This document shows, piece by piece, positions 9,772 to 19,779 of a DNA stretch of 64,000 nucleotides (positions are counted from its first letter, which is position 1; every line of letters starts with the position of its first letter). The DNA is taken from the IMG/VR virus record IMGVR_UViG_3300031951_000003, positions 257,140-321,139 of that record. The stretch is one strand, 5' to 3'. The position numbers and the translations under genes are program-made. Below the pieces are notes generated by a model, which worked only from the letters and a program-made list of their open reading frames with translations, ran no database searches and was not told where the DNA came from.

Positions 9772-10615
9772 ATTCATCAACATATTATCCGATATTTTAT
9801 CTGAAGCTAAAAGATATAAATTCACACCTGAATTACTACAAAAAATTAATTCGGTCGTAGAAAACCTTTGGAATGACCGAAACAAAAATTACGGTAATAA
9901 GAAAGAGGTTGTTGATGTTATCCCCTTCAAAACTGCAAATGGTGTTGACGGTTTGGTAAAAGTGATTGTTAATCCAAGATTGAAATACTTGGGATTTATG
10001 GGAACTAAACCGAGTAAATCTTATGACCCCGCAGACATTTATATCGAGGTAAATCCAAAATATTACGAATCTAAGAAAAATCTTTATCTTACAATCTATC
10101 ATGAGATGATACACGCCAGTGACCCAACTCAAAGTAGTTCTTGGTCTCCAAAATATATGTTGAGCTATGATGAAAAGTCTGATGAAAAGTATTGGGGTCA
10201 TCCAATAGAATTCTTTGCGATATCAAATGAGTTCTTGGAAGGTCTTGTAAGAGAATTTGAAAGAAGAGCAAAAAGATTAAGAAAAATTGAAAACAAAGAG
10301 ATTTTGGATAAGTCTTTGAAAAATATTCTCAACTATTTTGCCAAGGGTGAGCCATTAAATAAGCTCAGTCAAGACATTCTTTTCAGAATCAATGACGAAC
10401 ACGTAGGACAAGATTCATTCAAAGTTCTTAAGAATCTGACCGCAGATATGCCCCATTTGGCGGACTTACTTCCTGAAAGAGGTGAGGAACCATATTATTT
10501 ACACTATGTCGAATTGATTAAGAAATTTAATCCTGAAATATGGAAAAAGTTCCTAAGTATGTTCTACAATACAACTTTCGAGATTAGAGACATTATCAAC
10601 AAAAACTATAAATAA
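9764..10615 (+). CDS. Putative zincin metallopeptidase
   Basis: TIYHEMIHASD (HExxH) plus downstream HPIEFFA; ILSE N-terminal motif. Confidence 0.55.
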   Translation: MPKFINILSDILSEAKRYKFTPELLQKINSVVENLWNDRNKNYGNKKEVVDVIPFKTANGVDGLVKVIVNPRLKYLGFMGTKPSKSYDPADIYIEVNPKYYESKKNLYLTIYHEMIHASDPTQSSSWSPKYMLSYDEKSDEKYWGHPIEFFAISNEFLEGLVREFERRAKRLRKIENKEILDKSLKNILNYFAKGEPLNKLSQDILFRINDEHVGQDSFKVLKNLTADMPHLADLLPERGEEPYYLHYVELIKKFNPEIWKKFLSMFYNTTFEIRDIINKNYK

Positions 10616-10644
10616 AAAAAAGGGATTTTTAAATCCCTTTTTTT
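10614..10644. terminator. Bidirectional intrinsic terminator between convergent operons
   Basis: A-run, AGGGATTT-TT-AAATCCCT, T-run. Confidence 0.75.
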
Positions 10645-12971
10645 CCGCTTGCTAACATTTCCAATTTTTCTAATTTCCTTTCATGGAAATCTAAAAGGGT
10701 GGATTGTTCTTTGATTGCCTCTAAACAAGCTGATATAATCGTTTCAAATCTTATTGATAACATTGTGGTTTCTGGGTCTTCATAAACGAGTTCAGGAAAT
10801 ACCAACTGCAACTCTTGTGCAATAAAACCTATCTGAAGTAACTCGGGTCTTTCATCATCTTTTATTAGATGGTAGGAAACACCTCTAGTCTTTAATATTT
10901 TGTCCAAACTATCTGTAATTGGTCTGATATTAGTTTTGAACCTTAAATCCGATGGTCCAGGTGCACCTGATGCACCTTGTGCCCCTGTTGGTCCTGTGCC
11001 ACCTTGTGGACCAGTTCCACCACCTCCACCTTGAGCACCTTGTGGACCTGTTCCTCCTGTTCCACCACCAGTCCCTTGAGCACCTTGATTACCCGTAGGA
11101 CCGGTTGGTCCTCCAGGACCTTGAGCACCTTGTGCACCTTGGTTTCCATTACCTTGTGATGGACCTTGGGCTCCTTGAGAACCAGTTCCACCTCCTCCAC
11201 CAGGAGGTCCTGTGTGACCTTGAGCTCCCTGTGGACCTCGGTTACCCGTTGGTCCGCCAGGACCCTGAGCACCTTGTGCTCCGCCAGGACCCTGAGCACC
11301 TTGTCCACCTTGAGAACCTTGAGCTCCTTGAGCTCCTGTTGCACCACCACCACCTTGAGAACCTTGTCCTCCCTGTGAACCTTGGGCTCCTTGGTTTCCA
11401 CCACTGCCTTGAGCTCCTTGCGCACCTTGTCCTCCTGCCGGTCCTTGTGCTCCTTGGTTACCTTTACCACCTTGAGCTCCTTGCGCACCTTGTCCTCCTG
11501 CCGGTCCTTGTGCTCCTTGGGCTCCTCCTGGGCCTTGAGCTCCTTGCGCACCTTGTCCTCCTGTTGGTCCCTGAGCTCCTTGGTTACCTTTACCACCTTG
11601 TGCTCCTTGAGCACCTTGTCCTCCTTGAGAACCTTGTGAACCTGTGGCACCTACAGGCCCCTGTGCTCCTTGTGCTCCCTGTCCACCTTGTGAACCTTGA
11701 CCACCTTTGGCACCTTGTGAACCTTGTCCTCCTTGAGCTCCTTGTCCACCTGTTGGTCCTTGTGCTCCTTGATTACCACCCGAACCTTGCGCTCCTTGAG
11801 CTCCTTGTCCACCTGTTGGTCCTGTAGCACCCTTACCACCTTGAGAACCTTGTCCTCCTTGAGCTCCTTGTCCACCTGTTGGTCCTTGAGCTCCTTGATT
11901 ACCACCCGAACCTTGCGCTCCTTGAGCTCCTTGTCCACCCTGTGAGCCTTGGGAACCTGTGGCACCCGCAGAACCTACTGGACCTTGTGCTCCTTGGCCT
12001 CCCTGCGAACCTTGTGAGCCCGTGGCCCCTTGTGCACCTACTGGCCCTTGAGCTCCCTGTCCACCTTGTGAACCTTGGGAACCTGTGGCTCCTGCTGAAC
12101 CAACGGGACCCTGAGCTCCCTGTCCACCTTGTGAACCTTGTGAACCTATGGCACCTTGTGAACCTTGTCCACCTTGAGCTCCTTGTCCTCCCTGTGAACC
12201 TTGGGAACCTGTAGCTCCTTGTGACCCAACTGGTCCTTGTGCTCCTTGACCTCCTTGTGACCCTTGGGAACCAACCGCTCCCTGAGAACCTGTGGCACCT
12301 TGAGCACCTTGACCTCCTTGTGAACCCTGAGAACCTGTAGCACCTTGTGACCCTACCGGCCCTTGAGCACCTTGTCCACCTTGTGAACCCTGAGAACCGA
12401 CCGCTCCCTGTGAACCTGTGGCACCTTGAGCACCTTGACCTCCTTGTGAACCCTGAGAACCAGTATCGCCTTGTGCACCTATTGCACCCTGAGCACCTTG
12501 ACCACCTTGTGCGCCTTGTGGACCTACAGCACCTTGGGAACCTTGTGAGCCAGTAATACCTTGAGCCCCTGTTGGACCTTGTGCTCCTTGACCCCCTTGT
12601 GAACCTTGAGCACCTTGACCACCTGTCACTCCCTGGGAACCTTGATTTCCTTGAGCACCTTGTCCCCCTTGAAAACCAATACTACCTTGAGCACCAGTTG
12701 GTTCTCTATTACCAACCCATCCTGTAGAGTTGATAAGTGTTCCTGCTGAATTTTTTAAACTAGTTGTTATCTTGAGGTTACTATTGTAAGTTACAAATGA
12801 AGGTTTATCACTTCTCCAAGCAAGATAAACAATATTACTATTATCTGTCCAATGCAAATGTAGTAGTGGTGAATCGTCTTCAAGCTTCAAATATGTTGAG
12901 GTTGAGCCAGAATCAACGAATTCGACCGTGGGAAACGCATAATCAGGATATATTATTATATTTTCAGACAC
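10629..12971 (-). CDS. Collagen-like fibre chain C with C-terminal peptidase S74 chaperone
   Basis: About 194 Gly-X-Y units (aa 93-673), then SDLRFKTNI...IGFIAQE...PELV. Confidence 0.9.
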   Translation of the reverse strand: MSENIIIYPDYAFPTVEFVDSGSTSTYLKLEDDSPLLHLHWTDNSNIVYLAWRSDKPSFVTYNSNLKITTSLKNSAGTLINSTGWVGNREPTGAQGSIGFQGGQGAQGNQGSQGVTGGQGAQGSQGGQGAQGPTGAQGITGSQGSQGAVGPQGAQGGQGAQGAIGAQGDTGSQGSQGGQGAQGATGSQGAVGSQGSQGGQGAQGPVGSQGATGSQGSQGGQGAQGATGSQGAVGSQGSQGGQGAQGPVGSQGATGSQGSQGGQGAQGGQGSQGAIGSQGSQGGQGAQGPVGSAGATGSQGSQGGQGAQGPVGAQGATGSQGSQGGQGAQGPVGSAGATGSQGSQGGQGAQGAQGSGGNQGAQGPTGGQGAQGGQGSQGGKGATGPTGGQGAQGAQGSGGNQGAQGPTGGQGAQGGQGSQGAKGGQGSQGGQGAQGAQGPVGATGSQGSQGGQGAQGAQGGKGNQGAQGPTGGQGAQGAQGPGGAQGAQGPAGGQGAQGAQGGKGNQGAQGPAGGQGAQGAQGSGGNQGAQGSQGGQGSQGGGGATGAQGAQGSQGGQGAQGPGGAQGAQGPGGPTGNRGPQGAQGHTGPPGGGGGTGSQGAQGPSQGNGNQGAQGAQGPGGPTGPTGNQGAQGTGGGTGGTGPQGAQGGGGGTGPQGGTGPTGAQGASGAPGPSDLRFKTNIRPITDSLDKILKTRGVSYHLIKDDERPELLQIGFIAQELQLVFPELVYEDPETTMLSIRFETIISACLEAIKEQSTLLDFHERKLEKLEMLASGKKGI

Positions 12972-15393
12972 TTAAATTATCTTTTAAAATTTTTATTCTC
13001 TCCATTATTGAGATTATTCTTTTCTGTTGTTCTTGAAGTGCACCAATACCCAAACTTACCATAAGACCATATTCAACTGATTTAAAGCCCTCCTCGTCTG
13101 TCCAAACAACTTCTGGGACGATATCTTCAATTTGCTGTGCAATAAAACCTATTGTTTCACCAGTAAATGCACTTGGAAGAGATATTGCACGGTTCATTGA
13201 TATTTTAGGATGGTCAACCCATTCGAATCTAACACCCTCAATACCTTTAACTTTTTCTAATACATTTGTTAAGGATTGAATATTATCTTTAAGTCTTTGG
13301 TCTGAAGGTGGACCCTGAGCTCCTTGAGCTCCTTGACCTCCTGTTGGACCAGTTCCACCCTGAGGACCTGTAGGTCCTACGTTACCTTGAGCACCTTGAC
13401 CACCTTGGCCCCCACCTGAACCTGTAGCACCTTGGGCACCTTGACCCCCTTGACCACCACCCGAGCCTTGAGCCCCTTGGGCTCCCGTAGCTCCTGGTCC
13501 TCCACCAGGCCCCACTGCTCCTTGGGCACCTTGTCCTCCTGTTCCTCCTGTAGGTCCTGTTGGTCCCTGTGCTCCTTGGAATCCTGTTGCACCTCCCCCT
13601 CCTGTTCCACCTTGAGCCCCAACAGGACCCTGAGCGCCTTGAGCTCCCTGAGCACCACCCTGTGCTCCTTGAGCACCTGTGGAACCACCTCCACCTTGGC
13701 TTCCTTGAGCACCTGTAGTTCCACCTTGAGCTCCTTGAGCACCTGTTGGTCCTTGAGCACCTTGGTTACCTTGTGCACCTTGGTTACCACCTTGAGCTCC
13801 TTGGGCTCCTTGTGAACCTTGGACACCAGGAGCACCTTGTGCACCCGTATTTCCTCCTTGGGCTCCTTGAGCTCCTTGTGAACCTTGGACACCAGGAGCA
13901 CCTTGTGCACCTGTTGAAGCTCCTTGAGCTCCCTGAGCCCCTTGAGAGCCCTGAACACCAGGAGCTCCCTGTGCTCCCGTTGAACCACCTTGAGCTCCTT
14001 GGGCTCCTTGGGCACCCTGATTACCTGTCGCACCTTGGGCACCTGTTGAACCACCTTGAGCACCCTGTGAACCTTGTGCCCCTTGTGCTCCAGTATTACC
14101 TTGAGCTCCTGTATTGGCTCCTTGTGCTCCTTGAGCACCTTGTGGTCCTTGTGCACCTTGGTTTCCTTGTGCACCTGTATTGGCTCCTTGTGCTCCTTGA
14201 GAGCCTTGAGCTCCTTGAGCACCTGTATTACCTTGAGCTCCTGTATTGGCTCCTTGTGCACCTTGAGCACCTTGTGGTCCTTGTGCACCTTGGTTTCCTT
14301 GTGCACCTGTTGAAGCACCCTGTGCACCTTGCGCTCCCTGTCCTCCTTGTGAGCCTTGACCACCTTGAGCACCTGTTGTTCCTCCTTGGGCTCCTTGTGC
14401 TCCTGTTCCACCTTGAGCTCCTTGACCTCCTTGTGCCCCCGTGGTTCCCCCTTGGGCTCCTTGAGCACCCTGTCCTCCTTGTGAACCTTGAGCTCCTTGG
14501 GCTCCTGTTGTTCCTCCTTGTGCTCCTTGAGAACCTTGTGCACCTTGTGCTCCAGTTGAACCCTGAGCACCTGTTGTTCCTCCTTGAGCTCCTTGAGCTC
14601 CTTGTCCTCCTTGTGCCCCCTGTGCACCCTGAGCACCTGTTGTTCCTCCTTGGGCTCCTTGTGCACCTTGTCCTCCTTGGGCTCCTTGTGCACCCTGAGC
14701 ACCTGTATTAGCTCCCTGAGCTCCTTGTGAACCCTGTCCTCCTTGTGCTCCTTGAGCTCCTTGAGCACCAATTGTTCCACCTTGAGCACCTTGAGCACCT
14801 TGTCCTCCTTGTGCACCTTGTGAACCCTGAGCACCTGTGTTAGCTCCTTGAGCACCTTGAGCTCCTTGACCACCTTGAGCTCCTTGACCACCTTGAGCTC
14901 CCGTATCCGCTCCTTGAGCTCCCTGTGCTCCCTGTCCACCCGTAGCACCTTGAGCTCCTTGAGGTCCTATCGAACCTTGTGAACCTTGAGCACCTACATT
15001 TCCTATTGCTCCCTTAGCACCTTGAGAACCTTGCGCTCCTTGAGCACCTATTGACCCCTGAGAGCCTGTAGTTCCTGAAGCACCTTGTGCTCCTTGAGCA
15101 CCGGTAAATCCAGATATACCCTCAGCAGGTCCTACCCATTCGCCAACTTCATTAATCATTTCTATACCACCCACATACAATCCATATATTCCTCCGGTGA
15201 CCTTTGCACCATCAACGAGTAATTCAGCTCCGATAGTTGCTATGTTACTTTTTGTTGTTGATGAAACTTGGATATTTCCAGAACCATTAACAGATAATTG
15301 TATTTTGTCCGCGGATGAAATCCCTTCAAATTCCATATGAGGGTTAGGGTTTCCACCACTTTTACCATTGGGATATATTATAACGTCAGACAT
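12964..15393 (-). CDS. Collagen-like fibre chain B with periodic insertions and S74 chaperone
   Basis: 195 Gly units (aa 92-696), including 20 four-residue units, then SDQRLKDNI...IGFIAQQ...PEVV. Confidence 0.9.
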   Translation of the reverse strand: MSDVIIYPNGKSGGNPNPHMEFEGISSADKIQLSVNGSGNIQVSSTTKSNIATIGAELLVDGAKVTGGIYGLYVGGIEMINEVGEWVGPAEGISGFTGAQGAQGASGTTGSQGSIGAQGAQGSQGAKGAIGNVGAQGSQGSIGPQGAQGATGGQGAQGAQGADTGAQGGQGAQGGQGAQGAQGANTGAQGSQGAQGGQGAQGAQGGTIGAQGAQGAQGGQGSQGAQGANTGAQGAQGAQGGQGAQGAQGGTTGAQGAQGAQGGQGAQGAQGGTTGAQGSTGAQGAQGSQGAQGGTTGAQGAQGSQGGQGAQGAQGGTTGAQGGQGAQGGTGAQGAQGGTTGAQGGQGSQGGQGAQGAQGASTGAQGNQGAQGPQGAQGAQGANTGAQGNTGAQGAQGSQGAQGANTGAQGNQGAQGPQGAQGAQGANTGAQGNTGAQGAQGSQGAQGGSTGAQGATGNQGAQGAQGAQGGSTGAQGAPGVQGSQGAQGAQGASTGAQGAPGVQGSQGAQGAQGGNTGAQGAPGVQGSQGAQGAQGGNQGAQGNQGAQGPTGAQGAQGGTTGAQGSQGGGGSTGAQGAQGGAQGAQGAQGPVGAQGGTGGGGATGFQGAQGPTGPTGGTGGQGAQGAVGPGGGPGATGAQGAQGSGGGQGGQGAQGATGSGGGQGGQGAQGNVGPTGPQGGTGPTGGQGAQGAQGPPSDQRLKDNIQSLTNVLEKVKGIEGVRFEWVDHPKISMNRAISLPSAFTGETIGFIAQQIEDIVPEVVWTDEEGFKSVEYGLMVSLGIGALQEQQKRIISIMERIKILKDNLSV

Positions 15394-18017
15394 TAATTAA
15401 GAAGGTTTTCAAGTTCATTTATTTGTTTTTCGATATCTGATATAAATACTTGTTGCTCTTTAATACCTTCAATCAAAACGGCGTTCATTCTATTATATTC
15501 AACAGTATAAAAACCATCAGAACCGATTTTAACTACTGTCGGGAAAAATTCTTTAACATTTTGAGCTATCAGACCAATCGAGTGAAGCTTGTTATTGTTT
15601 AATCTTTTAATGTAATCGCTTTTCGTCAACTTTTCATTCCAATCGTATTCTACGACTCTAAGTTCAAGAATTTTTTCAAGTGTATTATCAAGTGATTTAA
15701 CATTATATTTGACTCTTCTATCAGAGCAGCTGCCCCCGTATGTAAAATAACCATTGAAGTTAGTAGAACCATAATACAAATATGTAACACCAATCGTAAT
15801 TGAACCATAGGTCCACTGAAATGTTGAGTTTTGACAAGTTGTAACATCTGAAGCGAGTTGGATGCTAAAATTTGCTTGCCAGTTAATATCTTGGGAATAA
15901 ACTGTTCTGTTTTGACATGCCCCCGCGTTTACACAAATGGCGTAATAAGAATCACCACATAGATTCTGAACAAAACAAGAGGTGAACGAGCCAGGTCCTG
16001 TTGCACCTTGTGCACCTTGGGCTCCTTGTCCTCCCGTAGGACCCGTAGGACCCGTAGGACCACCCGACCCTTGTGCACCTTGGTTACCCGTAGGACCAGT
16101 AGGACCACCTGGTCCTTGTGCACCTTGGTTACCTTGAGGTCCTGTTACACCTGGTGCACCTTGAGCACCTTGACCTCCGTTTGGACCTTTCGGTCCAGCA
16201 GCTCCTTGCGCCCCTTGGCTACCCGTAGCACCCCCACCACCTTGAGGACCTTGAGCACCTTGAGCACCCTGACCTCCTGTTCCACCTTGTGGTCCTGGAG
16301 CACCTTGAGCACCTTGATTTCCTGTTGCTCCTTGTGCACCTGGATGACCTGTAGCACCCTTACCACCCTGTGAACCCTGAGCACCTGTTGCTCCCTGAGG
16401 ACCAATTGCACCTGTATTACCCCCTGCACCTTGTGCACCTTGTGGTCCTGTGGCACCTTGTGCTCCTGGATGTCCTGTTCCTCCACCAGAACCTGTTGGA
16501 CCTTGTGGTCCTGTGGCTCCCTGTGCTCCTGGATGTCCTGTTCCTCCACCTGAACCTTGAGGACCTTGTGGTCCTGTGGCTCCTTGTGCTCCTGGATGTC
16601 CTGTTCCTCCACCCGAACCTGTTGGACCTTGTGGTCCTGTGGCTCCTTGTGCTCCTGTATGACCAACGGCACCTTGAGCACCTTGAGGTCCTGTTGGTCC
16701 TGTTGCTCCTTGAGCTCCTGGATGTCCTGTGGCTCCTTGAGCACCCGTCGAACCTGCATTACCTGTAGCACCTTGAGCACCAGGGTGACCTGTGTTTCCT
16801 GTTGGCCCCTGTGCACCTTGTGGTCCTGTAGCACCTTGAGCACCCGCATGACCCGTCGCACCTTGTGCCCCAGTAGAACCAGCATTCCCCGTAGCACCTT
16901 GTGCACCTGGATGACCTGTATTTCCTGTTGGTCCCTGTGCTCCTTGTGGTCCTGTAGCACCCTGAGCACCAGCATGACCCGTCGCACCTTGTGGTCCTTG
17001 AGCCCCTTGAGGACCTGTAGCACCTTGAGGTCCTACTGCACCTGTAGAACCTGTAGGTCCTTGTGCACCTGTATTACCTGTGGCTCCTTGTGGGCCAACA
17101 TTTCCTTGTGCTCCTGTATTACCTTGTGCTCCTGTGTTACCTGTGGCTCCTTGTGGTCCTACGTTACCTGTAGCCCCGGTAGCTCCCTGAGCCCCTGTGT
17201 TACCTGTGGCCCCTTGTGGTCCAACATTTCCTTGTGCTCCTGTATTACCTTGTGCTCCTGTATTACCTGTGGCCCCTTGTGGACCAACATTTCCTTGTGC
17301 TCCTGTATTACCTTGTGCTCCTGTGTTACCTGTAGCTCCTTGAGCACCTGTATGACCCTGTGCACCTGTATTTCCTTGTGCTCCTGTATTACCTGTGGCC
17401 CCTTGTGGTCCAACATTTCCTTGAGCTCCCGTGTTACCTTGCGCTCCTGTGTTACCTGTGGCTCCTTGTGCACCTGTATTACCCTGTGCACCTGTATTTC
17501 CTTGTGCACCGGTATTTCCCGTGGCTCCTTGTGCACCTGTATTACCCTGTGCACCCTGGGTTGTGCCTTTAGCACCCTGTGCCCCTTGGGGTCCAACCTG
17601 ACCTTGTGCACCTGTATCACCTTGTGCACCTTGTATTCCTTGTAACCCTTGTGCACCCAAATTTCCCTGTGCACCCGTATCACCCTGTGCACCTGTATTG
17701 CCCTGCGCACCTTGGTGACCCTGAGCCCCTTGAGCTCCTGCAATACCTGTGGTTGGTCCAATCCAATCCAAAGTTCCATCAATTACTTGAACTGAGTCAA
17801 TAGCAAAATAATCAGAAACATTAAGCGTTACAACACCAATTGTTTGGCTAGAACGGTCAATAACTAATTGATTAGTAACTGATGCTGAGCTAAGATTAAT
17901 CTTACCCGTTGGCACAACTCTCCAAACACTTGTTCCACTGTTAACCCAATTTATATAAGGGACTCTGTCTGGTGTTCTAGAAATGGAATTACTCGGAACT
18001 ATTAAAATATCACCCAT
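15393..18017 (-). CDS. Collagen-like fibre chain A with Cys/aromatic tip domain and S74 chaperone
   Basis: 195 Gly units (aa 91-676), an 88-aa tip, then SDRRVKYNV...IGLIAQN...PTVV. Confidence 0.9.
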   Translation of the reverse strand: MGDILIVPSNSISRTPDRVPYINWVNSGTSVWRVVPTGKINLSSASVTNQLVIDRSSQTIGVVTLNVSDYFAIDSVQVIDGTLDWIGPTTGIAGAQGAQGHQGAQGNTGAQGDTGAQGNLGAQGLQGIQGAQGDTGAQGQVGPQGAQGAKGTTQGAQGNTGAQGATGNTGAQGNTGAQGNTGAQGATGNTGAQGNTGAQGNVGPQGATGNTGAQGNTGAQGHTGAQGATGNTGAQGNTGAQGNVGPQGATGNTGAQGNTGAQGNVGPQGATGNTGAQGATGATGNVGPQGATGNTGAQGNTGAQGNVGPQGATGNTGAQGPTGSTGAVGPQGATGPQGAQGPQGATGHAGAQGATGPQGAQGPTGNTGHPGAQGATGNAGSTGAQGATGHAGAQGATGPQGAQGPTGNTGHPGAQGATGNAGSTGAQGATGHPGAQGATGPTGPQGAQGAVGHTGAQGATGPQGPTGSGGGTGHPGAQGATGPQGPQGSGGGTGHPGAQGATGPQGPTGSGGGTGHPGAQGATGPQGAQGAGGNTGAIGPQGATGAQGSQGGKGATGHPGAQGATGNQGAQGAPGPQGGTGGQGAQGAQGPQGGGGATGSQGAQGAAGPKGPNGGQGAQGAPGVTGPQGNQGAQGPGGPTGPTGNQGAQGSGGPTGPTGPTGGQGAQGAQGATGPGSFTSCFVQNLCGDSYYAICVNAGACQNRTVYSQDINWQANFSIQLASDVTTCQNSTFQWTYGSITIGVTYLYYGSTNFNGYFTYGGSCSDRRVKYNVKSLDNTLEKILELRVVEYDWNEKLTKSDYIKRLNNNKLHSIGLIAQNVKEFFPTVVKIGSDGFYTVEYNRMNAVLIEGIKEQQVFISDIEKQINELENLLN

Positions 18018-18117
18018 GAATGTTTTTTTCTATTTATATAAATACAAGTTGAATAGAATTTGTATTCATTTTTATTTTGGAAAATTTTATAATTGACACT
18101 ATTATAATTATTAATTT

Positions 18118-18831
18118 ATGACATTAAAAAAAATAGGTAGCAAATCTTACGTTGTAAACTTACTTTCAGACTACATTCTTTCTGAGATATCAACTGAAGA
18201 GAACTCAATAATAAAAGTAATCGACTGTGGTAATTTTTTTGTTATCAAAGGAAAAACCACTTCAAAAGAAGTTTTATTTTTACCAAACATAATTTCTAAA
18301 TTTAATGAGAGATTCGAAATACCCTCTAAACTCACCCATACAATTGACTTAATTGAATATGATTCTGATTTACCTGATGTAAAGTCAATTTCCCACACAT
18401 ACCACAGTAATACCTCCAACTGTTCATATAATCAAACCGAAATCGAAAAAAATGAGATTTCCGAAGAAACTGATGAATTAGTATACGTTTCTTCATTTCC
18501 CCACGGTTATTCCCTAACTCAGGGTAGATTACTTTATTATTATGGGAAAAAAATATTCTACAACATTCCATCCAATTACCTTGTCACGAGTTTGGAATTT
18601 CATCTAACAAATGAGAGAAATGATGAAAATGAATTTGGATTCAGCGTTTACGATGGATTTTACAAAACAAAGGATGAAGTGCTTCGTTCTGCGGTCTTAG
18701 ATATATTTGATTTCAATATGGAGCCAATCGCCAAAGAAATAAAAAAAGTGGATTGGAGTATCGAACTCACAGACCCACTTTACGAATATGATTTTTTGAA
18801 AGAAAAGGTTGAGGGATTTATTATTATATAA
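18118..18831 (+). CDS. Degenerate S-adenosylmethionine synthetase-like protein
   Basis: VNLLSDYIL...FVIKGKTTS resembles MetK CDQISDAIL...VVAGEITT; the canonical catalytic motifs are not seen. Confidence 0.35.
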   Translation: MTLKKIGSKSYVVNLLSDYILSEISTEENSIIKVIDCGNFFVIKGKTTSKEVLFLPNIISKFNERFEIPSKLTHTIDLIEYDSDLPDVKSISHTYHSNTSNCSYNQTEIEKNEISEETDELVYVSSFPHGYSLTQGRLLYYYGKKIFYNIPSNYLVTSLEFHLTNERNDENEFGFSVYDGFYKTKDEVLRSAVLDIFDFNMEPIAKEIKKVDWSIELTDPLYEYDFLKEKVEGFIII

Positions 18832-19123
18832 TACCTAATTTTTTTCTGTGTCCTTGTATAATTTGAATTGCCTCAGTTAATTCATTATAATTTCTTTCTG
18901 GAGCATATAAATGAGGTTCATAATCTTTATCGTCACCTTCGATAATCATCAAAGCTGGAACCATGTCATTTTCCGTCACTTCAGAATACATATTATATTC
19001 TTTGGAATACTCATCGATGTCTCGTTCAAAGAAGTCTATGTTTTCGGTTCTCAACATTTTTTTGAATTCATCACAATGAGGACATCCTTTCATTGTGTAT
19101 ACTATAACGTTTAAATTTTTCAT
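18824..19123 (-). CDS. Glutaredoxin
   Basis: VYTMKGCPHC and VPAL. Confidence 0.85.
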   Translation of the reverse strand: MKNLNVIVYTMKGCPHCDEFKKMLRTENIDFFERDIDEYSKEYNMYSEVTENDMVPALMIIEGDDKDYEPHLYAPERNYNELTEAIQIIQGHRKKLGII

Positions 19124-19124
19124 T

Positions 19125-19448
19125 TTAATCTAAAAGATTTAATACTTCGGGTGCAGTCATGACACCAGGTTTAGAAAACACCTCTTTACCTTCTTTAAAT
19201 ATTTTAATTGTTGGAACACTTCTGATTTGAAGTTCGTTTACGACATACTCTCTATCGGAATCAATATCCAACTTATAGATTGAATACTTGGGTGAACTTG
19301 TTGACTCACTAATCAGGGATTCGTTCACCTTTTCGAGATTGTATAACATTATTTTACAAGGTCCGCACCATGTTGCAAACAAATCCAATACAAAATTTTC
19401 TCCGTTGTTAATTTTTTGTTTAAGTTGTTCCGTTGTTATCTGTTCCAT
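19125..19448 (-). CDS. Thioredoxin
   Basis: FATWCGPCK and IRSVPT. Confidence 0.9.
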   Translation of the reverse strand: MEQITTEQLKQKINNGENFVLDLFATWCGPCKIMLYNLEKVNESLISESTSSPKYSIYKLDIDSDREYVVNELQIRSVPTIKIFKEGKEVFSKPGVMTAPEVLNLLD

Positions 19449-19779
19449 CTTTGAAGGGTTTTAAAAGTTGAGTTGTTAAAAAAACAAGTTCTTTAAATTG
19501 TTCAGGTTTATAATAAATAGTGAGTCCAAACTCATCTTCTCCATTTACGTTTATTGTATTAACTTGAAGATAGAACTTTTGAGCTGTTTCGTAAATGACT
19601 TCCTCCCATTTAGCTTTGCCTCGGTTGGAAACTACTCCTCTCTCATAAACTCTCTTAAGTTTTTTTTCATCCAAATACTTGATTAAATCATCTGGATATC
19701 TGTGAAAATCCAAAAGGGAAAAAATACCTTCTTTTTTTTCTAATTGATTAATAAAATCTGGTTTACCTAAAAATCCCAT
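19420..19779 (-). CDS. Hypothetical protein
   Basis: Tiled ORF in operon. Confidence 0.55.
   Translation of the reverse strand: MGFLGKPDFINQLEKKEGIFSLLDFHRYPDDLIKYLDEKKLKRVYERGVVSNRGKAKWEEVIYETAQKFYLQVNTINVNGEDEFGLTIYYKPEQFKELVFLTTQLLKPFKDGTDNNGTT

Noticed and set aside
10943-17803. Many long alternative-frame and antisense ORFs (VLKVHKE-, LEHLV-, TLSSL-rich) over the collagen genes
   Set aside because: They are shadows of the stop-poor GGN-GCN-CAA repeat and have no independent coding signal.
10629-18017. Diversity-generating retroelement acting on the fibre tips
   Set aside because: No reverse transcriptase and no template/variable repeat pair differing at adenines was seen in this window.
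18093-18108. TTGACA and TATAAT upstream of 18118
   Set aside because: The spacer is only 4 nt, so this is not a valid sigma-70 promoter geometry.
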